A stretch of DNA of 64,000 bases from Callorhinchus milii (taxonomy: Eukaryota), in assembly GCF_018977255.1 (NCBI RefSeq), contig NW_024704743.1:16556001-16620000 (forward strand), read 5' to 3'. Each line of letters begins with the position of its first letter. Within the stretch, counting starts at the first letter, position 1. Shown here piece by piece: positions 1 to 12,700 of the stretch. The notes beneath the pieces are model-generated. The model was not told the origin of the DNA. It saw nothing but the letters and a program-made list of their open reading frames with translations, and searched no databases. A program made the translations under genes and the position numbers.

Positions 1-220
1 TTTTAGGACAAACATCTAGAAGTACTTCCTTTACACAGAAGATTCTCAACAACTGGAACAGGTTACCAGGAAGAGTGGTTGAGGCCATGACACCAGACCC
101 TTTCAACAAATGGCTTGATGCTGTGATGGGGATAGAGGGATAATGGGACAGTGGTCTGGGTATATTAGAAGGATGAGATCAAAAGGGCTGAAGAGCCTTC
201 TTCATCCAAAACAATCTTGC
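1..220 (+). mobile_element. CR1 LINE 3' end fragment
   Basis: Translates to FTQ..LNNWNRLPGRVVEA, typical CR1 ORF2 C-terminus. Confidence 0.75.
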
Positions 221-625
221 AATGTGACAGTTGACACCATGAGCACTACGCCATTAAATAATGCTAATAATCCTTGCATTTGATTATAGAGCCATAGAAG
301 TGTATTCCACTGCTAACAGGCATATGAGAGCCAAGTATTTTTTTACATTGTACAGCTGCAGATAATTGCTTGACAAATATGGCAGATTAATATATAAGAG
401 ATGAGTTATCAGATCAGCCACATGTGAAATATAAATAATATCCCACAGCTCTTCATCATGTAACCATTATGTACTGGAAACTTGTAATGTTAAAGTATGG
501 CATGCACTGTTTCAGTAAAAGTTTCCTATGGATATTCACTTTTCTGCTCTTGAGTATTTCTGGGTTTAGCTATGAAACCATCTATTTTGGCCATTGCAAA
601 ATCTGAACTGTTCTTTACTTTCCAG

Positions 626-721
626 CACTCTGACTCACTATGGGCAGACTTCCATCAGAAGGTGGTGGATCAGTCTTTGTTAACCCTGGACACATATCTG
701 GGCCAATTTCCTGATATCAAG
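626..721 (+). CDS. AMPH: AMPH exon, BAR domain ([32 protein letters not shown])
   Basis: ttccag| ... AAG|gtattt; 96 nt, phase 0-0. Confidence 0.95.
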
Positions 722-3700
722 GTATTTTTTGACACATTGTTTTAAACCAATACTTATGGCTTAAGTATATATATATGCACATTAATTGTATATTTATTTG
801 CCTGTATGTTTACCTATATTCTGCTTAGTGTATATGTGCTATAGCTATGCATATTCAGTATATACCCCATTAAGTGTATACTTTTTTATCTTCAGTATAA
901 CTTGTTACATATACCTGGACTTCCAAAAGCGATTGAAAAAATACAACATGAAAGATTATTTCACAGACTGATGTCTCTGAGTATCCAGAGCAAGACATGG
1001 ATTCAAAATGTGCAGAAAGGAAGCAAGCAGAGGGTAATTGTTAGGAGAGAAATGTAAATATGAAACGGGCATTAAGCAGGGTGCCTCAGGGGGTCTGTAT
1101 TAGGTCCCCTCTTGTTCCTAGGATTCACAGACCCAGTGTAACATAGGTAAAACTGCCAGATGACACCAAGTCTTAATTGTTGAATCAGATGAGGCAGCAA
1201 AAGAGTTGCAAAGAGAGCTTGATAGGTATGTGTATCGGCTGATGACTTGTAAAAGAAGTTTAATATAGAGGCCCATGTACTCCATAGTTGCAGTAGAAAG
1301 AGATCTAGGCATGTTAGTTCACTCATCACCTCACCATATGTGAGATAGTTATAAACAAATAAAGTGGGTCATGATAAAGCTGTGTAGTGCTGTGGTCAGG
1401 CTACATCTAGAGTACTGCATACAGTTTTGATCGCAGCGACATAAGGTTGCTTTCCTGCCCTCTCAGGATTGCAGAGGAGTATGACAAAGATAACCAGTAT
1501 GGGAACTGTAGCTGATTTTACACTCCGTAACTTGGGAACATGAATTGAACTTGCTATTGACTCCTCTGCTTGACTTTGTGGACACTCTGTGAACTTTTAA
1601 AGTGTTCGTGTAAGTTCTTTAAACACTTCTCATTATAAGTTCTAAGTTATCTGCCAAGGCTTGAGAAGTTACTGACCAGTGGAAATAAAGATGCACTCAC
1701 GAGCCAAGCAACGTAATACTCACAAAATTGGGGTAGTAGAGGGTTTGAAATTTATAGTTGTGTTACACATAGCGCTATTGGCAATATCCAAAATAGAATT
1801 TCCCCATTATAATCACACATTGCCAAAGTTACCTCTAACATCAAATGAAATTTCAGACCATAAGTACTTATTATAGCTACAATACTTGTATAATTATAGC
1901 ATTAGTATCTCCCCATCCAATAGCAATGAAATTTATATGATACTAAATATATCCCTTGTGTTTGATTTTTTGATTCTGTAAGTTACTAAAATGTTATATT
2001 CACTGAAGAAATATTCGGTGTGTCTTAACACAATTGCTTAATAAGCAATCGGAGCAGTACAAAGGAGTACCCCTTCCTATAACCAAAATTCCATCACACT
2101 GACATCCGGAATATGGATCAATTGGAAACTGATGGGATTCCTTAATGTTAAATGCCCCAAATTAAACCCGATTGAATATTGTGGTCAGTAAATTGCACAT
2201 TTTTTCCAATTTGAAAGGTTCATTACAAAGTTTATTCTTGAAGTTTTCAAATTAGGAGGCATTTATTGTGAATTGTCTAGTACAATACAATGCAGAATTA
2301 CATTTGTATAGTACCTTTCACATCGGGAGGACGTCCTAAGGTGCTGGACAGTCAGGGATTTGGACCTGAGCTGTGGATCGGGGAGGGTGGAGGTTAGGAG
2401 GGTGGCTGAAGGCTCGGTCGAAGAGGAGGGTTTTGAGACGTGCCTTGAAGGAGGGCAAGGGAGGGAGCGAGGCGAAGGGAATGTGGGATGGCGTTCCATA
2501 GGGTGGGGGCAGAAAGGCTGAAGGCCCGATCGTTGATGGTGGGGCGGGCCAGGCGGGGGACAAGGAGCAGGTCACAGCCAGCTGAGCAGAGGGAGTGGAC
2601 AGGTTGAACTCTATCCTCTGGTGAATGAGAAGCCAGTGGAGCCGGGAGAGGGTGGGGGTGATGGCGTCACAGAGCCTGGTACGGGAGAGGACACGAGCAT
2701 AATAGCAATCCTTGCATTTGATATAGCGCCTTATCTGTCGTTCAGCCACTGTGTCTGAGCAGCTGCAGAACTGCATCTAACCTTTCTAGAGTTGCGAGTT
2801 CACATGAGTCTGACATCTGTCATTCAGGCTTCAAACTGATTTCTCGGAGACGCTGTGCTCAGTTCCTGCCAATCTGGTGCTCTCAGTCTTCTATCTGCTG
2901 TTCATTAATATCAGTAGACGACTTGCAAAAGGGAAAGAACTTATGTTCCTATGGAAACAGATATGATGAGATACTAATTCTACTGTTATTTCCTTTCTCA
3001 CCTCAAACAGACTCGCATTGCAAAGCGTAGCAGGAAGCTGGTGGACTATGACTGTGCGAGACATCACTTAGAATCTCTGCAGCACTCAAGACGAAAAGAT
3101 GACTCCAAGCTCACTAAGGTGGCTGCTGAGAGGATTTGTGCTTTCAGTGTTAATGGTTTGGACTTTCATTTATAGTATCTGACTGACAGATGCTCGTATA
3201 TTTTAGGCTTGATGTACAAACGGATTATGAAATTGCGTTTATTAAATGCTGTAAATAGGTTTCCAGTCAATATTTATCACCATGTTCAGCAAGTACCCCT
3301 GCCCCTGCTATGTGTGTTCGGGTCAGCCAAGGTAGGAATATGACTCAGTTGTCACAAAGGTTGTACATGCTGCTCACCCAGCAAAAGCTAATGCTACAGT
3401 TCTTGGTAATTGACCTTTTCTAATTTTCCACTCTCCTTTAGTGTGCTGGAAGTATCAGTGAGGGAGCAAATGAGATTCAGGAAAATACAAGATATAGTTT
3501 GGGACATGACATGTGCATGTGACTGCCAGGATGGTGGAAGGCGAACTGGATGGACCTTGGTCATCTTTCGTCTAGCAATTCTTATGTTCCTATGGAAATG
3601 ATGCCTGAGAGCATGGAAGGTCAGGAATAATCAGGATGGAGTCTAGCAAAGATGGGAAACTGATTTTCCACAGTTCTTTAAATACTTCCACTTCCAAGTT

Positions 3701-6700
3701 ATGACATAATTTAGGAACGGTTTAAAAATTTCTTAGGATCTTAAATTTTAATCCAGTAATTTTAAGCCTAAAAACATGAGAAATGTTGGCTCCTGAGCTG
3801 AAACGTTTGGATTTTGCTATCTCTCATTCCATTTAGATGTCCAGGTTCCTCACCTGTGATTGACTTTTAAATACAGGAACTCATTGTGACTGTGAAACAT
3901 TTTATCTTATAAAGATACTCCACCGTGCAGTACACAGCTTATCCCATTACTCATCAGTAAACAGGATCTGCTTAATTCAGCATGGCAAGATTTCCATCCA
4001 CTTCTGCCCTTCAAATGAATTTCTTTCTGAACAGGATCCTTTACAATGTCTTACCTCCTTACATGTCCTCTATAATATCTTATGCCCTTGCATTGATTTT
4101 CTGAACCCAGTGAATCACACTCTGAGGTCTGTTGTATGTTGATCGCTCAAAACAGTGATGCTTTCATCACTACTATTAGACCAATGTGTTAGGAGTATTT
4201 AAACTCATGAAAAACCCGGGATTCGCACATTGCTTCAGCAGCTGGTACACTGACGACTGACTGTATTAACAAGGGAAACTGCACAGTCTTGTGAGATTGT
4301 GTGACTCAAAAATAATGCAAAATGGATGAATCTCACTTTTGATATTTGCGGAATGATTAACATTGTTCACTGCTAGACTTTGATCTTGCTGTTAAAAATG
4401 CAGGTTCTCCCCTTGTGTTTTTATACGCCTGAATGATCACCAGGAGAGGCAAAGAACCTGGAACACCAAAGGGGCGATCATTGTGTATGTTTCCCAATGA
4501 CTGTATGTAGGCTGCTCAGTAGGTGTGGGTGGAGTGAACCCACAGAAAACGCAGCTAAAATGAAAGCTTTGCTCTTGCTCTTTTTTAGGCAGAAGAGGAG
4601 TTTCAAAAGGCACAGAAGGTCTTTGAAGATCTAAATAATGACCTACAAGATGAGCTGCCGGCATTGTGGACCAGGTATTGTACTCCACATTCTTATGATG
4701 CTCTGTTGTGATTCAGGAAACATACAACTTGTGGTTCAAAATCAACAAAATATTAGCTTCTTCCAGTTGTCCTGGATGGACAAGCAATGAGAAGCTTGCA
4801 AGCCAAAGCCTTAATAGTGAGGATCATCCTACTTGTTAGGGGCTTTGGCTTGCAGGGTTAACAGGTGCTTAGTGGGATGACTCCCTGCCCGCAGTGACTG
4901 GTCTGCCCATTCAGGTCCTGTCGATGTGCCAGGCTGGCTGTGCTGTCAGCAGCAGCACCCTGGAGAACTGCAGACCCGCCTGGCTCAGGAACTGGAATAC
5001 TGATATGGCCACAGAGGGTAGATTTGATTCTGAAATTCCTTCAGCAAATATGTCACTTTGGAGCCAGTTCATTTCCAGAGATCCTGTTTACTTTCCCCTC
5101 CAAGGAGGTGTTTGAGCCCTCTTGAGGTGGATGGCAACTACCAGCAACTCCCTATGAGCTTCCTAGTGGGCAATATAGATCAGCATGAAATCCATGGGAC
5201 TATTGCTACCATCTTTCTATCCACAGTTTGGGCACATGTCCCTTCCCATTGAGTGATGGTTCCACCAGTTGGAGGTGCAGAGCTTGAGCAGAAGCTTCTT
5301 ACCTCTCTGCAAATCAATCAAGGTGGATTCCAACCCCTGGATGTATGAATGTGTTCCTGAACCTGGACTCCTGTCACCTCATGCCTCAGAGCTTCCTTAT
5401 CAGTGTGGTGAGAGGACCTTTTACAGGATGCCTTGTGACGTGCCGCCAGATGTTCTCAAGGTCTAAGTCCAATGCCCTATACCAGGCTTACTCAGCACCA
5501 GCTGCTTAATCCAGGTCCTCATGCGAGGGGTCTTGGCAAATAGACATGCCTACTGTGAATCCGTTTCTGCCTCCAGGGTGCTCAGTGACAGGTCAGTGTA
5601 GGCCGGAGTCTTTCCTCCCTGCAGCCTCTTCCCATGTTTACCACAAGCCCACCTCACTGTATCTGCCTGAATGTCTGTGTTCTCTTTCCTAGCCGGGTCG
5701 GTTTCTATGTGAACACCTTCAAAAACATTTCGTGTATAGAGTCGAAATTTCACAAGGAGATTGCAGTGGTGAGTAGACATCTCAGGTTCAAGTACTATGG
5801 TGATGGCTTCTCAAAGGGCTACTGTTTGCTCCTTATCGTAGGTTTTAAATCAGTAGTCTGACAGTTTGCAGTCTATAAATACACATAAGTTCACGTACTG
5901 TCAATGGGTGGAGGGGATTTAGTTTTGCGCATTCTTAAGACTAAATTCACTAATATTGAGTCAGCTCAATTTTGCTCCGACAGATAAATTCTACAAAACT
6001 AATCCCTGGGCACTTCAGAGTAGCTGTAATGCAATTTTCGCTTATAAATAGCATTGCATTATGATTGTAAATTTTAATTATATATTTATAAAATAGCGTT
6101 AGTTCTTTCTAAAACTACAGAGCCAAATTTTCAAAACTTGCCAAACGCAGTTGATTAGGTGTTGTCTCATATTAATAAGTTTGCTTCACAGCTCTTCCAC
6201 AACACACTTAAGAAATGCTGCAAATTAGATACCATAATAACTCACATTATTATGCAAAATGGTTATTGAAAACAAAGTTTGACAAGCGCTTTCTTATGAG
6301 TATGATGCCCTTTTAATTTAGGCTTCTTACCAGTTGATGGAGCCAGGCTAGAAAAACAACAGATGTTCTGCAGGAGCATCAGAGGCTGAATTTTGCACCA
6401 TACCAAGTTGATGGCAACGTAGTATGGCCGTAATTCAGTCTGTGCCAACTGTGAGTGACTGTCTGCCATGAAGCCACATCCTCTACCAGTATGAGAGCGC
6501 CGTCTCTTGCACTGACTGCTGGGCATCTACTGCAGTGCCATCAGTACACAAAGCCAGTGAACAGCAGCAACAGCAGCACTTTAAAGCTAGCAGGAGATGC
6601 CATTGGCTGGAAGCAAAAAAATAAACTTCCAATAAAAAATTTTTTCATTCAAACTTGAATGAAAGTCAGTTCACTTTTTCAATGACATGAACTGATGTTT

Positions 6701-9700
6701 GTCGTTAAATAAAAACAGTGGCATTCCCACAAAGGTGTGAAGGATTCCTGGTTAACGTAAAAATAATAATAATAATCCTTGCATTTTGATATAGCGCTTT
6801 ATCACATCTTCGAGACGCCTCAACACTCGTCACAGAATACAATGTAAAGTGAATTGACTGTATATTTTGTGGGACTGTACATTTGCATGACTTAGATTCC
6901 TTATTGAGTAATTGAATTAATGAAGGACCGCAAATTAGGGCTTGTTGGGCATGGGCACACCACCAACAACAACAAAGTTACATTTGTATAGCGCCTTTCA
7001 CGTCAGGAGGACGTCCCAAGGCGCTGGACAGACAGAGGTTCGCCACCATTGTGACAAAAACTACACTCTTTTTCCTGTCTCAAGCAGAAGACGATTGCCA
7101 GTGTCTTTTTTTGATGTAAATGGTGCCCTTTCTAAACTACAAAGCGAGCTAGCCTTTGACACCTTCCACAGCACCTCGATAATATAATACAAGATTAAAT
7201 ATTCTCATTCCAACTGATCTGTGGGAGCTCCTGTTCTGGTGGGATAAGTTTTCGGAGCTCTGTTCCCACGGGTCGGAGTGACGTATTGCCAGTTACCAGA
7301 AAGAGTTCACGTTTGCGACTCGTGTTCTTTTTTAAAGCATCGCATCACCAATCGCTACAAGTTGGACCTTGATACACGCAGTACTGTGCCTAGGTGTGGA
7401 GGCCATTCTTGGAATAGATATGGGAGCATTTGAAAGGGTTACAAGAAGAGCAATGGAAATGAGTCCAGATTTTAGAAAAACGATAGGTAGAGGAGACCAT
7501 TGGAACGCAGGTGAGATTAGCTCCATTTAAGGAAATTTAACTCAGGGAATTCCCTGATCCCTAATATAACCGTGTTCCCGACTTACATGAAGAAACTGGC
7601 TCTTTAAAGGCTGTCTCCTGTGGGGGTGGTGGCACAGGTTATAAAAGAGCTGTATTTTTTCCTCTCTGCACACTCTGTGTACCAGAATCATTATTTTGGG
7701 CAAAGCAGTATGCTGCTTCCTCTCAACGTTTATCACATTTGCCCCCATTACACTTGTAAGCTAAGTAAAGAGGACAGATGAACACTCTTGTACAGTGATA
7801 CAGGTATACTTTGAAAATAGTCCAAATGAAAGGAAACAATGCTCTGACTCATTCATTCAGTTATTCAGTCTCGAGCATGGTATATTGATGAATTGACATT
7901 TGTTCTTGTTTTCTAGCTCTGCCATAAGCTGTATGAAATAATGAGTAAACTTGGAGAGCAGCACGCTGACAAGGCATTTACAATTCAAGGAGCACCCAGG
8001 TACTGTGCTACAACTGTAATTAATTGTGCAATGAAACTCACAATATTAACTGCTCATTTTACTTTAACGCACACCACTTGATTGTACAATATCCACTATT
8101 CTCATACAATGGCTGTCCCGTGTCTTGTGCTTTTTATTGGAAAACATAACACCGGAACAAGATGTTTTCTTAAGTTTTCACCCAGCGCATCATGCCTTGT
8201 CCATCAGCTTTATTCAGTCTTGGCTGATCTTTTAAACCAGTGCCTCTCCCTTTCTCTATACCTCTAAATGCAATACATCTTCATGTTTCGCCCACAAAAT
8301 ATAGTCAATTTACTTTACAGTAAATTCTGTGAATCGCTTTGAGACATCTCAATAACATTATAAGACTACGGTATATCAAATGCAAGGATTATTATTATAC
8401 ATATAATACCCAAGTATCTGTCTATGTCTCTTTTAAATGCCTATATTGATCTCACTGCTACAACTTTGTGAGGCAGAGAATTCCACATCTGCACAACCCT
8501 CTAGTGTGTGAAGGACTGCTCACTGACCCCAGCACTAAATTTAAGGCAATTCACGTTCTGTGAGGCTGTCTGCCTTTATATACCCCAGCATTGTCACCTT
8601 TTTGTTCTCATTTATTACAATGCAGGTTTTAATCAAGTCACTTATGCATATCATAATTACTCATAGGAAAACAATCAATATTTAATATTAGATTAATTGT
8701 ACAGTTAGTGCGCAATAGGAGTCTTGTTATTTGGTACATGTACAATCTCATCAGTTTGTGGATGAGATTCTACTGGGGTCTATCATTTGAGGAGCGCTAT
8801 AAATAATCTTTTCATGTTTGACGGAAAATCCCATTATATAGAGTCTGCACCAATAGATGGCTATTTTTAGCAGTCAGTCCACAATAGACCCCATTATCTG
8901 CCAGTGAAGGCAATTTCATTCTGCAACGTGCATGATTGCTCCCCAGTTAATGCCTGCACATGCACAGGATGTATTGCTACTGTTTATTATATAATGTGTA
9001 TGTTTCCAATCAAAGTGCAGGCATCATATCCTACCGCAACTTCCCTCCCCTTGCCCCTATCTCTCATCTAACTCAGCATCTCATTTGAGATATTCTCTCT
9101 ATAAAAAGTCAGAACTAATATAATAATATAAGTGCTATATAAATGCAAATTGTTGATAAATTCATATCCCCTCCCTTGCACAATCCAGTTCTTCATCCTG
9201 GAATTGGGTTAATGATGCCATGGGAAACATTCCACGGATGTTTATTCCCCACTTTTTTCAGCTCACTTGCAGTTCCTATCAGTGCAGCAGCACTGCACTA
9301 CTTTTGTATATTTGCTCCGCTTTTCTGATTCACAAGAAAAACTATTAACGGTACATCTTTTCAGAGAAGGGTTTTAAATCATGAGCTAATTTTAAGAAAA
9401 ACTCTCAGAAAATTGTATTGCAGCATGACAGATAGTGTTCTACAATTAAATATTCTATAAAAGATTAAGAACTGTAACATTTGAAATAGATCGCACTTGG
9501 ACACACAAAATATTGTTACAGACAAGATAATCTATGAATAAAATGTAACAATAAGTGTAGTAATAAAACATTAAAAGTTAAAATCTTCATTCAGAAGCTA
9601 CCAACAAATGATTTGTTGACTCTCGTTCACAATCCTCCTGGGTACTCAGCTTCAAAGTACTTTAGATCCTTTTAAGGTTGTAGTGAGGAAGATTGTTGTT

Positions 9701-12700
9701 TTAAGTTGTTAGTCGATGGATTTAATGAACTGTTTGCTACTGTCTCACACTGTTTGCTGCTACTGCTGACTAGAAGGCGAAGGTAAGATGGAATCTGTGC
9801 TTTAGAGCAGCTAGCACTTGTCATGATTAGCTTTTAGTCAGAGGCATGATTGTGGGAAGGACACCAAATCATGTCCTTTAGTCTTCCCAAAAACGCTTGG
9901 CCACAGACTTCTGTCGTAGATTGTTGACTATACAAATCTTAGATGAAACATATTTCAATGTCAGCTTGATAAATCTTATGAGTATTTAATAGCGCTACTG
10001 CAGACATTAATCTTGTTGTTTTAATTTGAAGTTGTGTGTTTAACTAAATAACCTCCATTATTATTGCTTTTTACTGAGAAGATAATTACATTCATATTAA
10101 TGGGGTCCATTATGTGTGTGTTTCCAAAGGGATTCTTTAATTATAGACACAATATTCTGACTCGTGGGATCTCCACTCTGCTTCAACAACTCTACTTTTG
10201 AAGCTGGGTTTCTGGGGTTGACATGATGTATATGTTGCACTTCCATTAGAAATCATCACATATTACACCCCAGTGTTTGGTTCAAAAGACAAGATTCACT
10301 TCCACCCCTCAGTTTGTGTGTTTCAAAATAGGAGATGTGTCACTTAAAAGATTGATGACATGACTGCCCTTCCTTGGTCTGTTCCATATTTTGTTCTTGT
10401 CACTGTCAATGGATGCAATATAATACAAAATTACATTTGTGAAGTGCCTTTCGCACCAGGAGGACATCCTAAGGTGCTGGGCAGTCAGGGATTTGGACTT
10501 TTTTGGACCCAAGCTGGGGGTCGGATTCAGGGAGGGTGGAGGGCAGGGAGGGTAGAAGGGTGACTGAAGTCTCAGTCGAAGAGGAGGGTTTTGAGACATG
10601 CCTTGAAGGAGGCAAGGGAGGGAACAAGGCGAAGGGAATGTGGAATGGAGTTCCATAGGATGGGAGCAGAAATGCTGAAGGTCTGTCCGCCGATGGCCGG
10701 CCGAGCGGGGAATGTAGGGCAGGCCAGAGCCTGCTGAGTAGAGGGAGCAGACTGGTTGATATGGGGTCAGCAGGTCGCAGAGGTAGGGCGGGCCAAGGCC
10801 ATGGCAGGCCGTGAAGGCAAGGACAAGGTTTTTGAATGCTATCCTCTGGTGGATGAGGAGCCAGTGGAGCCAGACGAGGGTGGGGGCGAAAACCACACAG
10901 TCAAAACCCCTTTATATACACATGACTACATGAATACCTCAACTCAATGTAAATACATCACCATGTAAAGTATATAATAATAATAATAATAATTCTTGCA
11001 TTTGATGTAGCATCTTATCAAGTCATTGAGATATCTCAAAGCGCTTCACAGAATATATTGTAAAGTGATTGAAGGTATTTTGTGGGCGATAGGCCTACGT
11101 GTAAGAACAGTTACTGGTGCTGGGTTGTCGTGTGTCCAGTAAGCTGCTACATCTGCGTGGATGGGACTTGTGATGCAACACTTAATGCCTTAATCTTTTG
11201 ACTACTTCATTCGATAATTCCATAAATCCCAGATGCTCCAGCCTGTGTGCTGTGTTGGCTTGTTGATCCTGGATCCCCTGCAAGGCTGATCACACTATCT
11301 GTGCATAATCCTCCCCTCATAACCACAGCTCCCATGTGACTGTACTGCCGTTCTCTTCTAGTGACTCGGGTCCACTTAGGATTTCCAAGACCCCGACCCC
11401 ACCAGAAGAGGCATCACCAATTGGTAGCCCCGAGGCCAGCCCTAACCACACGCTGGCGCCTGTAGCTGCATCACCAGCTCATAGTCCAGCTCGTCCCAAA
11501 TCCCCATCTCAGGTAAAGTAACCTTCTGTCTGTCAGCAATGCAGAGTCAACAGGATTTACTGTGACTGTCAGTTCCATACACATGTACAGCACAGGCAGC
11601 ATTTACATAGATTGCACAGCATATTTGAAGGAAGTGAAGAAAGAACATGCGGAACGTACTTTGCGCATGTTAAACTACCATCACCTATCTCAAACGTGCT
11701 GGTAACCATGGGCACAGTAACTTACTGAGTATTGCTTCTTACTGTGTCAGTTTCTACAAAGACTCCTTTTATAATTGTTTCCTTTGTTTCTCGTTTCTTT
11801 TCCTCGTTCTGCCCTGGATCCAGCTGAGAAAAGGACCTCCAGTTCCGCCACCTCCAAAACTCACCCCCACAAAGGAGCTGCACCAGGAGAACATTATCAA
11901 CTTTTTCGAGGACAATTTTGTTCCTGAGATCAGCGTAACCAGTCCATCACAGGTCAGCAAACGTCTGGTTACACCCTTTACTTCACTCTTATTGTCGGGT
12001 TCCTTCAACAGCTGATGTTCAGAATGAGGGCAGTCATTGTTTGCCAGCGGACAATTTCAATGATAGACAGTGTAGCCGTTTTCACCGATTTCAGTGTCAG
12101 CTTGGTTCAGTTGTTAGCATTATCGCTCTTAGTCAAAAGGTTGTGAGTTCAAGCCATCATGTCAGGACTTTAAACTCAGAGCCTAGGCTGACTCTCCAAT
12201 ACAATGCTGAGGAAATATCTTTTGGATGTGACTTTAAACCGAGGTCCTGTCTGCCTGATCAGGCAGATGTTAGCGATCCCATGACAGCGGGGGCATTGCT
12301 GTCTGCAAATTGGCCTGCATTTGCCTATAAATACACAGTCACTACTCTTTTGATGTGATCGGCTCTATACCAAATGCATGCATTATTAGTATTAATATAT
12401 GCTGTTTTCTAGTTTATTGCTGGATCTTTATTCATTATTCCTCCCTCAGCCTCTGATTTGAATTGAAGGCATTTTGATTTGTTTTTCATATAATTATTGT
12501 AAAATAGACTTTAGTCCTCCTTGGCTGGCTTTGCCAATTCTAATGATCACTATCTCTCTCGTACAATATACCATTTCCCATGCTGTAGAGTTAGGGCTTC
12601 CTTATGGTGTCTCAATGGAAGGTTGATGTTATGAGTTTTGACTGAAGAGATGAATTGCATTTATTAACACCCAATTATACCGGGTGTATTACCAGTTGTT

